From the NCBI RefSeq assembly GCF_001194135.2, contig NC_068983.1, positions 135,760,531 to 135,824,530 on the forward strand: DNA of 64,000 nt. Reading direction: 5' to 3'. The translations under genes and the position numbers were made by a program. Under the pieces are notes generated by a model. It saw nothing but the letters and a program-made list of their open reading frames with translations. It was not told where the DNA came from and ran no database searches. Of this stretch, positions 10,923 to 23,240 are shown piece by piece. This DNA is from Octopus bimaculoides. Lineage: Eukaryota. Every line of letters starts with the position of its first letter. Within the stretch, counting starts at the first letter, position 1.

Positions 10923-11409
10923 CTACAATATAATAAGAGAGAGAAAATATGAGTCAAAGTGGGATCTACTATAAGCCTGTCAACTTTGTCAAAAAAGCAA
11001 GCAAATGTCATTCAGTAAGCTCCACATATTTTCAATCTTAGCCATGAGACCATATGATATATTTCATAATAAAAATAGGATAATTATTGTTAAAAATATT
11101 GGCTAGTTATTCTTGTGTCACAGGTTTCCCCTACAGAGTTGATTGAGCTGTCTGACAAAAACTATAATGAAAGAATAATGCTTTCTACACCAGGTACTAG
11201 GCCAATAGTTTTGAGGGGATACTATTGATCTCAGTGCTTGATTGATATTTCATTTTAGCAACTCTGAAAGAATGAAAGGAATCTTCAAATCCTGATTTTG
11301 GCAGGATTTGATTTCACAATGTAAAAAGTCAGAAATAATATTGCATAACATTTTTTACAAGGCTTTAGCATTTTCCCCTTCTGCTCACCACATTCCAAAA
11401 TTGAAAGAA

Positions 11410-11628
11410 ATAATTCTTTCTAATTTTGGCACAAGGCTAGCAATTTTGAGGAGAGGGGAAAGTTGATTACATTGACCCCAGTACTCAACTGGTACTTATT
11501 TTATCAACTCTGAAAGGATGAAAAGCAGTCAACGATAATAGCATTTGAACTCAGAACATAAAGAGTCAGAAGTGATACTATTAAGCATTTTGCCCACTGT
11601 GCTGATGATTCTGACAGCTCACCACCTT
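11410..11628 (-). mobile_element. SINE family B copy
   Basis: Homologous to 22138-22357. Confidence 0.75.
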
Positions 11629-11979
11629 TGAAATGAAAGAAATAATGATGTCTGCTTCATAGGCAAAAGGTTCACTTTTTTTTAAGCAGAAGGCATATTA
11701 ATTAATATATTTATATTTTACACAACAACAAGATAACAAATTTGTTGGCTGAATTGTTCCAGCACATGCTTGGTATTTACTTTATCAAATGCAGATAGAT
11801 GAATTTACCAAATCAGTTATATTGGGATTAGACATCTGCTTTCTATTTGATAATATTAATATCATTTCTATTGACATACTATATAATAATCTCTCAAAAT
11901 GATGTTAATTTATGAACTTTTGTATGTAAATACCTTTTTGGAATGATACATAAGTATAATTTCTATTTTTATATGCAGT

Positions 11980-12440
11980 ATTTATTGATTTAACAAAGAT
12001 TTCAATACTATGAAGAGAAATCGATTGTGGTAAACTGGGATAACCTTAAGTTTCTTCACCAACTTCATGGGGGTTGTTGCAGTTGTTTAACCTGAATCAG
12101 TTCTGATAAAACAAATCTATGATCAAAGGCATTCCAGCCATGACCATCCTATATTTTTGTATGACTAGGACTACATTCCCCAATGTGTCGTTCCTGTTTT
12201 AAGATATAGCATATGACTCCAGGGAATTTGTCTATTATTTCTAGCAAGCTGAATGATTTCATAGAGACTTCCTTGATGGCTTGGTAGAGAACTCATGAAG
12301 ATATTTAAATTTTTATTCATTAGGGTTAAAAAAGGGCCTTTGAAACACAATAAAACATTTTCAGTTACACTTCCTATCTCTAAAAGCATGAAGCAAGGAT
12401 GGGTTCTGGATCCAGTATTTTTCACAACCTTCTTCAATTA
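11980..12440 (+). mobile_element. Highly degenerate RTE/BovB-like RT fragment interrupted by another repeat
   Basis: Remnant motifs FIDLTKDFNT (about 11985-12010) and KQGWVLDPVFFTTFF (about 12390-12435) resemble DLTKAFDT and KQGCVLAPTLF. Confidence 0.45.
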
Positions 12441-13064
12441 CATTTGTGCCATTTTATTTTGCTAAACCAAGTACCAAATTAATTTTTATTAGTTTCATTT
12501 CGTCCTATCATATGTAGATTTATCTACAAATTATGGGATATTTTATCATTAAATTGTGAGAAAACCATAGATTTCAAAAAGTTCCATTTTGCAGACCTGT
12601 GTAATCATGCATCAAAGTGAAAATTTTCTTTAGCTGTCTCTTCAGATGTGTTTGCTCAGAATCATTTGCAAGTTTTAGTTTTGTAAATTTACAAGTGCAA
12701 GAAGTAACACTGGGGGTCCTAACTAAATACTTACTAAAATACACATGGTTTTATTTTATTTAAACTGAAAATTAATAGGAAATTTGAAATTATTTCTTTT
12801 TTACACTGTTCAATAATTTTCAATAATTTTGCTTCTTAAACTCATCAATAAGTTTGTATCATTAAAAATCTGTTATAGAAGTCACGGAATTCCAAATCTT
12901 TAAGTCTTATGGATTAATAATGATTTTCTTAAAACATACATCCAACTGAAAGAGAAATGTGAAAGCTATCTTATTAGTAAAAAATGAATGTCTATGAATC
13001 ATCTACAGCAAATATACTTTGATAAGTTTATTTGTATTTTTAGAATTATTTTATCATTTCTTAC

Positions 13065-13083
13065 CAGCTGCAGAGTAGTTCAT
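13065..13083 (-). CDS. Candidate start-codon mini-exon of paralog A (MNYSAA-)
   Basis: ATG AAC TAC TCT GCA GCT G|gtaaga resembles ALDH3 N-termini but is phase 1, whereas the next exon is phase 0 at its first AG. An alternative phase-0 candidate is ATG TGT ATT TTA|gtaagt at 12735-12746. Confidence 0.3.
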
Positions 13084-13159
13084 GTGTTTGATGTGCAGAA
13101 TGTTGGCAGTAAGTGTATAAAGAAATAAATAACCCTTTATCAGTTACTTGATAATACAG

Positions 13160-13520
13160 ACACATGTATGGTTGTGTGGTAAAGAAGTTTGCTTCCCAAC
13201 CATTTGGTTTTGAGTTCATTTCCTCTGTGTGACAACCTGGGCTAAAGTTTTCTACTATAAATTCAGGCTGACCAAAGCTTTGTGAGTGGATTTGGCAGAT
13301 AGAAACTGAAGGAAGCCCAGTGTGTGTGTGTGTGTGTGTGAGTGTATGTGTTTATGTTTCCTTGTCTTGACATCACGTGATTGTTGTAAACAAGCATCAC
13401 TGTCATTTAAGCAGTGTCCCCTGTTTCCAGTCTTTCAAGAAAACATGTCTGGTCATGACAAAATATTACTTTGCTTCGAAAGAGGTGAAGATTAGCATCA
13501 AGAAGGGCATCTGGTGCTAG
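13160..13520 (+). mobile_element. tRNA-derived SINE, family A head with a different 3' body
   Basis: Head ggttgtgtggtaaagaagtttgcttcccaacc...ccaaagctttgtgagtggatttggcaga, a central (TG)n, and a distinct tail ending agaagggcatc. Confidence 0.65.
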
Positions 13521-13619
13521 AGATGTACCCAGTGTAAGCTATGGACACATAAGAGGTGCAGCAATATCAAAGGAAGGTGAACTAGCAAGATAGTTTTTGT
13601 ATGTGGCAGATACTCAGGA

Positions 13620-14944
13620 GCAAGAAACACTGAAAATGTGCAGAGAACAACTTCTGCCACATTCCAGGGAGAAAAACTAGAAGTAGTTGATAGCTTCCAT
13701 TATCTAGGTGACCACGTTTGTAGTGGGGGTGGGTGCGCTGAAAGTGTAGCTGCTAGAATAAGAATAACCTGGGCAAAGTTCAGAGAGCTCTTACCTCTGC
13801 TGGTGACAAAGGGCCTCTCACTCAGAGTAAAAGGCAGACTGTATGATGCATGTGTATGGACCACCATGCTACATGGCAGTGAAACATGGGCTGTGACTGC
13901 TGAGGACATGCATAAGCTCACAAGAAACGAAGTCAGTATGCTCCAATGGATGTGTAATGTTGGTGTGCATACTCGACAGAGTGTAAGTACCTTGAGAGAA
14001 AAGTTAGACCTAAGAAGCATCAGACGTGGTGTGCAAGAGAGATGATTGCACTGGTATGGACATGTGGCAAGAATGGATGAGGATAGCTGTGTGAAAAAGT
14101 GCCACACCCTAGCGGTTGAGGGAAACTGTGGAAGAGGTAGAACCAGGAAGACCTTGGATGAGGTGGTGAAGTACGACTTTCAAACTTTAGGCCTCACTGA
14201 AGCAATGACTAGTGACCGGGACCTTTGGAAATATGCAGTACATGAGACGATCCAGTAAGCCAAGTGAGAGCATAATCTGTGGCCTCTGCCAGAAGTGTAG
14301 CCAGCTCACTTATTCGTATCTTTACTTCATTGGACACTAAATTCTGCTTGCGAAAACCTGTTGAGGCAAGTGAATTTGAAATCGAAATCGAACCAAATTC
14401 GACAACTGGCACCCATACCAACCTCTCCTTCATTGGACACTAAACTCTGCTTGCAAAGACCTGTTGGGGCAAGTGAAATCAAAATCATATTTGAACCATA
14501 TTCGATGACTGGCACCTGTGCCAGTGGAGCACTAACAACACTGTCCGAGCATGATCATTGCCAGAGCAGTTGTCTGGCTTCTGTGCTAGTGGTCCGTAAA
14601 GAGCACAATTTGAGTGTAATCGTTACCAGCTTCGCCTTACTGGCACTTGTGCTGGTGGCACGTTAGAAAATCGTTTGAATGAGGTTGTTGCCAGTGCTGC
14701 TGGACTGGCTCCTGTGCAGGTGGCATATAAAAAATACCATTTTGAGCATGGCCGTTGCCAGTACTGCCAGTGGCACATAAAAGCACCCACTACACTCTCA
14801 GAATGGTTGATATTAGGAAGGGCGTTCAGCTGTAGATACTCTGCCAGATCAGATTGGAGCCTGGTGCAGCCATCCGGTTCACCAGTCCTCAGTCAAATCG
14901 TCCAACCCATGCTAGCATGGAAAGCGGACGTTAAACGATGATGG

Positions 14945-14992
<48 letters not shown>
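13620..14992 (+). mobile_element. RTE-clade LINE 3' portion (ORF2 C-terminus, hairpin-repeat 3' UTR, (GAT)n tail)
   Basis: Translates LEVVDSFHYLG...MLHGSETW...(stop)LHWYGHVARM...RGRTRKT, the RTE C-terminal motifs. One in-frame TGA at 14043-14045; (GAT)n tail at 14937-14992. Confidence 0.85.
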
Positions 14993-14993
<1 letters not shown>

Positions 14994-15131
14994 ATAAACA
15001 CACACAAACATAACAGAAGTAAATAGACACCAGATAAAACATCGTTTTATGTTCATTCTAACTTGTAAAGCTTTATATTTTTTTTCAATTGACGTTTTTA
15101 TGTTTCAGGTTCTATATGTGACTGTTTAATC

Positions 15132-15481
15132 ATGCCATGTACAAAAGAAGCCTTGGAACTGTCTTAATTTCAAAGAGGCCAGATTGTGGGTCAGTCTGAA
15201 GGTGGACATGTCAGCATAAAATCACAGAAGATCTTGGGATCCCACTTTCTACAGTTAATAGAGTGATTGTGCAATTCACCAGAGAGGAGAAGGAGTCCAC
15301 ATCACTCCACTCAGGTTGACCAGGGCTCTCTGACAGGACCCTTCTCTTTGTTAAGAGAAGTGTAGAGGATAATCCTTATTACAAGACCTCTGACATAGCA
15401 GAGCATGTTCATGTCAGTCCCAGAACAGCTGTCAGGTATCTCCACAAACTTGATTACTATGGCAGAGCAGAAGTGAAATGA
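15132..15481 (+). mobile_element. Tc1-like transposase N-terminal (HTH) remnant
   Basis: With one frameshift and stops: ELS*FQRGQIVG...[13 protein letters not shown]...HSG*PG...VKRSVEDNP...VSPRTAVRYLHKLDYYGR. Confidence 0.7.
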
Positions 15482-16613
15482 CTTCACTGTTATGAACTTA
15501 ACTGAAATCATAACTCCTGCCTTTAAAACCAATGTTTACCTATTTTACATATGTTGTCAAAAAGGCATGGATATCATACTTTGATTTCAAATTTATTTGG
15601 TTCTATATCTATTTTCAAACTCAAAATTGTTATTGTTATTTAGGCACATATTTAAAATCAGACACTTCAACCACGTATTTTTTTTTCTCAGAGTGTATCT
15701 AGGGCGACATATCCAAAATGTCCTTTTTTTAAAATGTTAAGGTAATATTTAAGTGAAACTTAGCTACTGTTACTGTTGCAGAGGCTGTAAATAGGTGAAA
15801 AAAGTTGATTGAAATATATCTACAAAAGTTTTAAAATATAAATCTAGTGTAGTGAAAAAGCTGTTACGTTAATATTTCTCTTAGTCAGAGTTCTACATTA
15901 CAAATAAGTATTCACTGAAGAAGAAAATACTCAAACAGTGTTTAGGATTATTGAGGAAAATATTATGGGTTAATATATTAATACTTACTTCAGTAGCTGT
16001 CATGTTGGTATTATTCATCATTTATAATGATACACTACAAATCCAAAATAGTTAATATGAACAGTAGACCAATAAAACAAAATCCTTTACACAAAATGCC
16101 AGAATTATTTTTATGGTGGTTTCGAACAGCTTAAATTCATGATTTAGGTAACTGTTTTTCCTACCAAGAATCCGGTAAAAATGTGCTGGTTGTACAGATT
16201 CTCATACACACACATACATACAAAGGTATATTTGTTTGTATATATATATATATATCTATATATATGTATGTACTTTCTCCTGTCTGACTTGGTTGTCTCA
16301 TTCAACTCATTTGGAAGTTCTTGTTGACATGCAAAATGTATCATGTGACTAAACATTGTAAATTGGTCAGTGGGATCCTACTCAATTACTTAATTACTCA
16401 TTGTGAATAAACTCTTGTGAATAAATGAATCAGTAAGTAATTCACTCCAAATAACTGTCAGAAATTGTTCTGTGAAAGAGTGTATGTTTGAAACACATAC
16501 AACTAATCAATGCTTCCCTCCTGCCCAACACCTGACAATATAGACACAGGTTAATAGAGACATTGAAATAATGAAGTATGAAATTTCAGAAAGCATGTTA
16601 TGTTGATTTCTTT

Positions 16614-16617
<4 letters not shown>

Positions 16618-16650
<33 letters not shown>

Positions 16651-16683
16651 ACGGCTGATATTATTATTATTATTATTATTATT

Positions 16684-16723
<40 letters not shown>
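16618..16723. repeat. Compound trinucleotide microsatellite (GCT)n(ATT)n(ATC)n
   Basis: Direct inspection. Confidence 0.95.
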
Positions 16724-18130
16724 GTAAAAGCCATGGGATCAAGCTGGAAAGTGGTGAAATTACAAAGGAAGTCGGAGAGGAAGGATATAAGTACCTAGGT
16801 ATCATTGAAAGAGATAAAATGAATGAACACAAGATGAAAGAAATGTACAGGAAAGAGTATTTGAGGAGAACTCAGTTTGTTCTCCAATCAAAGCTAAATG
16901 GCCACTATAAGATTAGAGCAATTAACACATGGGCTGTTGCTTTGATGAGATATGGGGCAGGAATAGTATCTTGGAAGAAGCATGGATTTCAAGAGATAGA
17001 CTGGAGAACACATAAATTAATGACAATGAACAAGGTACTACACCCCAAAGTGATGTGTTAAGATTGTATGTAAAGAGGAGGGAGGGAGGATGGGGATTAG
17101 TGTGTTGTGAGGGTTGTGTAGGGGAAGAGGAGAATAGCCTGGCTTGGTGTATCAAGAGAAGTAAAGAAGAAATGATTGAAGCAGTGAAAATACAGGGAAC
17201 CTTAAAAGTGAACAAAGCCATAGATCCAATAAAATTTAAGAAAGACCAGAGAGAGTAGATGAAGATTTGGCAGGACAAGAAATTGCACTGTCAGTTTGTG
17301 AAGAATAAAGATGAGATTGATTGGAATAGAACCTGGCAATGGCTGTAGAAAAGAGACTTAAAAGGGCCCAGTGAAGCATTAGTGTGCAGCACTCAAGAAC
17401 AAGCTCTCAGAACAAGCTACTCCAAATATCACATTGATAAAATCACTGACTCGCCACAGTGTAGGATGTGCTCTGAGAAGAGAGAAAGTATAAGCCATAT
17501 TGTTAGTGAGTGCTGTAAGCTCACACAATGTGAATATATAAAAGGAGACACAACAATGTGGCCAGATATGTCCACTGGCTGTTGTGCAGTAAAGCAAACC
17601 TCGAGAGAGCTGAACAATGGTCTGAACACAAGCCAGAGGGAGTAATGGAAAACAAACATTACAAAATACTCTGGGATTTTAACATGCAGTGCGATCAGGT
17701 CATAGAGGTGAGATGACCAGATATTGTGATCATCCATAAAGATGAAAAAGAAGTAAAGATAATAGATGTTGCAATACCAGGTGATTCGAGGGTGAAATGT
17801 AAGGAAACAGAAAAGATTGAGAAATACCAATCGCTGTGGAATGAAATAGGAAAGTTATGGGTCATGAGGTAAGTAATGGTGATACCAGTGGTAATTGGAG
17901 CATTAGGAGCAGTTTCCAAGGGATTTGAAAAACAGTAAGAATATTGGAGCTGCTGTCGGGCTCGAGGCGATCCATAAGACAGCTTTGTTGGGTACAACTC
18001 ACACTCTAAGGAGAATATTGTCTTTTTGCGTCACAGGAGAAGGCTCTACTTGAAACCTTTGGTAATTTGTTGTTGTCTGCTTTCCAGTAAAGAATAACTG
18101 GCAATTAAGAACTATCTGAGAGGCTTTCAT
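16724..18130 (+). mobile_element. R4/Dong-clade non-LTR retrotransposon, 5'-truncated and decayed (RT thumb, CCHC zinc finger, REL endonuclease)
   Basis: Motifs GYKYLGI, AINTWAV, RLYVKRREGGWGL, CRMC...SHIVSEC, ILWDF, PDIV...IIDVAIPGD...EKIEKY. Followed directly by (AAT)n. Confidence 0.8.
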
Positions 18131-18131
18131 A

Positions 18132-18181
<50 letters not shown>

Positions 18182-18183
<2 letters not shown>

Positions 18184-18574
18184 TGCACTGATGCAGTACC
18201 AGGCAGTGGCTCTCATGGCTTCTGATCTTAACTGATTGGAAGTGCTATCATGTACATTGTTTTGTCTTGGTATAAAAGTTGGGCTACAGCAAATATTCCG
18301 CTCCATACCACAGATTTGCTTTTCAGTTGTTTGACCTTAGCTAGTTGAGCATATGTGCATCTCTGATCATGAGCAGAAGTAGTGAGGGAGCATCATAGCC
18401 ATGTGTTAAGAGGAATTCTTTGGGGTTTGAATAATTCACCTCTGGAAACATGGGTGGTTTGTTCAACATTTTTAAACAACCCTTATTCAGGGACCTTTTG
18501 AGTAGGATGGGTATACTGGGTTTCGTATATTTTACCCCAGTGTCACTTTGATGGCATGCACTGCTCTCTCACTC
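18182..18574. mobile_element. Unclassified non-coding interspersed element bounded by (AAT)n on both sides
   Basis: About 390 bp of complex sequence between AAT runs 18131-18181 and 18575-18640; no ORF recognised. Confidence 0.4.
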
Positions 18575-18587
18575 AATAATAATGATG

Positions 18588-18640
<53 letters not shown>

Positions 18641-18642
<2 letters not shown>

Positions 18643-19420
18643 AAAATTAGCTAGCAGATGTGAACAGAAACCTCTGCATGGCAAGTATGTGGCCTATAGC
18701 AAACAAGCTGATGTCGACCAGAAACACATGCATCAATGGTTACGAAGCTCAGGGCTAAAAGCAGAGTGAAGGTTTCCTATTAGCTGCTCAAGACCAAAGC
18801 TTATTAACCNNNNNNNNNNNNNNNNNNNNNNNNNNNNNNNNNNNNNNNNNNNNNNNNNNNNNNNNNNNNNNNNNNNNNNNNNNNNNNNNNNNNNNNNNNN
18901 NNNNNNNNNNNNNNNNNNNNNNNNNNNNNNNNNNNNNNNNNNNNNNNNNNNNNNNNNNNNNNNNNNNNNNNNNNNNNNNNNNNNNNNNNNNNNNNNNNNN
19001 NNNNNNNNNNNNNNGTCGATTCTCTGGGACTTCCCCATACATACGACAAAACTATAAAAGCTAATAAACCGGATATTATTATAAAAGATTAGACAAAGAA
19101 GATGTATTTATTAATTGACATGAGTATTCCTTGCGGTCATAATATAGTGGCGAAAGAATTTGACAAGATCAGTAAATATACAGACTTGCTAATAGAAATT
19201 GAAAAAATGTGACATCTCAAGGCGACTACCATACCAGTGATTGTAGGATCTCTAGGAATGATAAAAAAAAAAGGTACTGAAACCTATTTGAAAATGATAT
19301 CAGGCTTACTATCCCTACAGGAAGTGCAAAAAATCGTGTTAGCTGGAACAACTCATGTACAGAGAAGAGCATTATCCCTGTGAAAACAACATCCAAATTT
19401 ATTTATTTATTAAATTTTTT
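18641..19420 (+). mobile_element. Second R4/Dong-clade element fragment (spans an N-gap)
   Basis: KPLHGKY...HQWLRSSGLKAE*EGFLLAAQDQSL and ANKPDIIIKD...LIDMSIPC...KISKYTDL...IPVIVGSLGMI. Starts directly after (AAT)n. Confidence 0.8.
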
Positions 19421-19439
19421 TAAATACATATTTTATCTG

Positions 19440-19720
19440 TGAATTTGCAAATCTTCTGCATTTGCAGTTTTGTTTCACTAACATGCAACATTGCAGTTCT
19501 AATACAAGCATCATGCAATCTGTCCTTCATTCTTAGAGAAAAAACATTTGTTGATAGCGGCCGTAATAGTTCCTTGAACTTTTCCAGCTTGTCCTTACGC
19601 TGACCACTATACATTCTGAGAACCCATCTTCCTGGTTAATTATGACTCTTATGTAACAGTAGCTGTCAACTACTTCTATTGATCCATCTTTTATAAATGG
19701 AACCTGAAAAAGTTGATGAG
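19440..19720 (-). mobile_element. Degenerate RTE LINE ORF2 fragment
   Basis: IEVVDSYCY... and LRMKDRLHDACIRTAMLHVSET align by eye to 13660-13885. Confidence 0.7.
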
Positions 19721-21183
19721 AGCAAGGTCTAACACAAAAGTGCCTGCCCTTAGACCCTTTTCTCACAACCTCTTTTGCTATAACCACTTGACAGAAGACA
19801 ACTGCCTTTCCTTTTTGGGTAAAGGAAGGCATGATAGTAAGGTGGTAATAATTAATGGAGGTAATGTATATGTTCACTCTCTTTGCACTACCTTCTCTGG
19901 ATAGTTTCCTCTCCATCAATTTTTGTGTAAGACAACTCCCAATCCCACTTCCCCTGCATATAACCTCATTCTAATTTCCATCCAACTGAAGGTCCACACC
20001 AAACCAGACTCTACATGCACCATTTGTCCAGAGCTTTACACAAGTATGGATTTGCATTTCCAGCCCACCAACTTGTCCAAATTGGTTAACCATATTTTTA
20101 CATTGTTGTACATCTATTTATGTCATTAAAATAAGAATAATCAAAAAAGAAAGTCAATTTAAAGTAGGCTTTAATTCATTGGAAGTTCTAATAATATCCA
20201 CTGACAGATCTATTAGAGACAGTCATTTATAAATTATTTATAGCTGCCACAGCAACAGGAGCAGAATGTCATGGAGATTCACCCATTTCTGTTGTTAATT
20301 ATAATAGCACAGACTTATCACATTCTTCCCCTTACAAAATGCAAAAATACACAATATTGTTAGAATAAAATAACTGACCAACTGAGTCACTCATTAAAAC
20401 AGTATCTCAAAATACCTTTCTCTTTAGTGTAGAAACATCCTTCAATTTACATTCTAATGTGAGTAGAACAATGTGGTACAAAGTTCATAGGATGTTCGTT
20501 AGTTTGATAATGTGTAGATGCTTTATCAAGAGTCAAGATACACAAGTCATGGCAATTTTTCAGGATTTTGGTACATTCAGTTACAGTACTTTTGTCATGC
20601 TCAGCCTTAGCCTTATCTGGGTTTCTCCTGATGGAGCTAGTTCCTAATTACTATATCTCTTCAACAATAAGAACAGAGAGTGTAAGTGCATTGGGGATTT
20701 GATTCTGAATAGTTCAACTTGTAAGAATCATGTATTTCGTCAATAGAACATTACTTGAAAAGAATATTTTGAGGAAAGCCATGCTGGCATGCTCATCTCT
20801 ATCACTATTTTTTGAAGAAAAGCAGAGAAACATTCACAAAGTGTTGAGTTCTGTGATATAAAGTAAAGGAATCACTGTCAGTTTTTACAAGGATGCAGTT
20901 GTTTCGATCATTTAAATTACCTGCTCACTGAATTTGCATGTAAATGGTTGAGTATTCCATAGACATGTGTACTAGTAATGTAATCCTTGGCTAAAATCAG
21001 CATGACATAGTGTGTGACCAGGCTGTATCTTTGAATTATATGTACAATCCATCCAATGAGCTTCCACACAGTTTCCATATACTTAATTTCACTCACAAGG
21101 TTTGGGCTAATCTGAAGTAATGATTAAAGACATTTGCTCAAATGTCCTACCAGGAGATTGAATCCAGGCTCATGATTGCAAAC

Positions 21184-21714
21184 CAGAGGAGAATATGCTT
21201 TATCTGGATACCACATCTGTCAAAAGTTAGTCACAATACCTATCATTTGGAATCACATCAGCTCTTTAGATCTAATCATCACTTACACCACAAAATATTT
21301 GTTCGTTGTTCATGATATTTCTACATCAACTATTATTTTCTATTTCTAGTTTACCAGGATACATCCTCTCAGAATGAGGAACCTCCTTCGTGTCTTCTGA
21401 ACTGAAGTCTTTCCTGCATGATAAAAGATTAATGTAAGTGATGCATTAGTATTGTTTGAAAAACTGACATTAGCTCTAGAATCTAAAAATATAGCAAACT
21501 GTCCCACATGGCAATCTGTTCTGTCTTACAACTTTCACTGTGTAAGTCCAAAAGCTGTGAATGTAGTAAGGCCAAATGGTCAAGAAGTTTAATTTGCAAT
21601 ATTTTTGTGGTGTAAGTGATGATTAGGTCTAAAGAACTGATGTGGTTCCAAATGATAGGCATTGCAACTAACTTTTGACAGATGTGGTATCCAAACACAG
21701 CATGTTCTCCTCTG
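21184..21714. repeat. Long inverted repeat (arms 21184-21298 and 21598-21714, about 90% identical, about 300-nt spacer); foldback/MITE-like
   Basis: Reverse complement of the right arm compared by hand: about 10 substitutions and 1 indel in about 115 nt. Confidence 0.85.
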
Positions 21715-22137
21715 AAAATAGAAGATTTTGGACCTAAATAAAACATGTCACCTTGGTAATGTCAGAGTGGCAGAGAGATTTGAGGAATTGTAAAAGGTTA
21801 CATTGTAAAACAGCATCAAATAAGTCATGTGACAGTGTATCAACAACAGCGTCAAGGGCTCTTGGAAAATGTAAGCCTCATGACAGAACAGTATGAGTTC
21901 TAATTGCCAGTCTGATATTTTCTCATTCTAAATCTTAATTTTACATTCTTTATATCAAACATATAAGCTATAGATTTTTGATAAGTTACTATAGGATATT
22001 GTTTGCCTAAGAGAAAGTGATCCACTTTTTGACAGCTTTAATTATCAGCTAGGCTTCTTTTATATTTTTCTCTGCATAATTTAGTAACCAAGAAAAGAAT
22101 GCTACAGATTCATAATTTTTTATTATGAAGAGCCTGA

Positions 22138-22357
22138 AGGCGGCAAACTGGCAGAACTGTTAGCATGCCTGGTAAAATGCTTAGCAGCATTTCGTCCGTC
22201 TTTACATTCTGAGTTCAAATTCCACCAAGGTCAACTTTGCCTTTCATCTTTTTGGGGTCTATAAATTAAGTACCAGTGAATCCCCGGGGTCGATGTAATC
22301 GACTGGTCCCCTCCCCACCAAAATTTCAGGCCTTGTGCCTTTTGTAGAAAGGATTAT
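22138..22357 (+). mobile_element. SINE family B, best-preserved copy (tRNA-like head, conserved core resembling the Nin-type domain)
   Basis: ggcggcaaactggcagaa...ctgagttcaaattcc (B-box-like)...gcctttcatc...ggggtctataaattaagtaccag. At least 8 diverged copies in the window. Core name is from recall, not searched. Confidence 0.75.
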
Positions 22358-23240
22358 GAGCAGCGTGATAGTAGTCTCAGAGAATCTATTTCAGTGATGA
22401 ATGTGCATCTACTTTACACTTGACAGACTCTATAATGGGTGTTTCTACATCATTAGTGTTGTCATGGCTTCCTCTATGAGCAAAAACTAAGCATTAATTA
22501 GATGTTTTATTCTTTCAGAGAAGCACAGAACCTATCAAGAATTTTAAAAAATGGATAAACCCATTATATAAATTAAGAATCGCTTATTAGTAACCTTGGG
22601 AATTTCTTTAACTGGAATAAAAAGTGATAAAGAAACATTTTCTATTTATTCTTTCAGGATCAATCAGTAAAGTGAATATCAGTAATACGCTTGGATCAAC
22701 TGAATCAATCAATACGCCTCCTCTACAAAAACTGGCATTGTGGTTCAATGAAAGAGAGATAATAAACCAATATAACTTAAAAATAGGATAAAAATATGAA
22801 CTATTTATGTAGTAAATAGAGATTTTTAACATTGACACAAGGCCAGAATTTTTGTGGGGATGATACAAAAGATTTGATTAAATCAACTACTATACTTGCT
22901 GTTTACTTATTTTATCAAAGCTTTTAAAAAGGATAATAGGCAAAGTCCACCATGGAAAGATTTGAACTCAAAATGTTTATTTAGTAAATCTAGCAAACAA
23001 AAAGATAACCATTTCAACAGCTGAAACTGCAGGGTCATAATATTGTGGAAGTGGGAAACATTAAGCAAATAGGTAAAAAGAAACTCTAAAAACAAAACAA
23101 AAATATTATTAATGACTGTACATATGTGAGATGGCAAATGTTCTCTTATCATCTGCTTTCAGAAATATATTGATTTGTCCTTCTCTCATCTAGAAATTAT
23201 CAGCTTGCGTGTGGCATTTTGGCATTTACAAGCTTCCATA

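Noticed and set aside
14430-14800. Palindromic repeats with variable linkers resembling a CRISPR array
   Set aside because: Eukaryotic context, irregular repeat and linker lengths, and no cas genes. It is the 3' UTR of an RTE LINE present in several copies.
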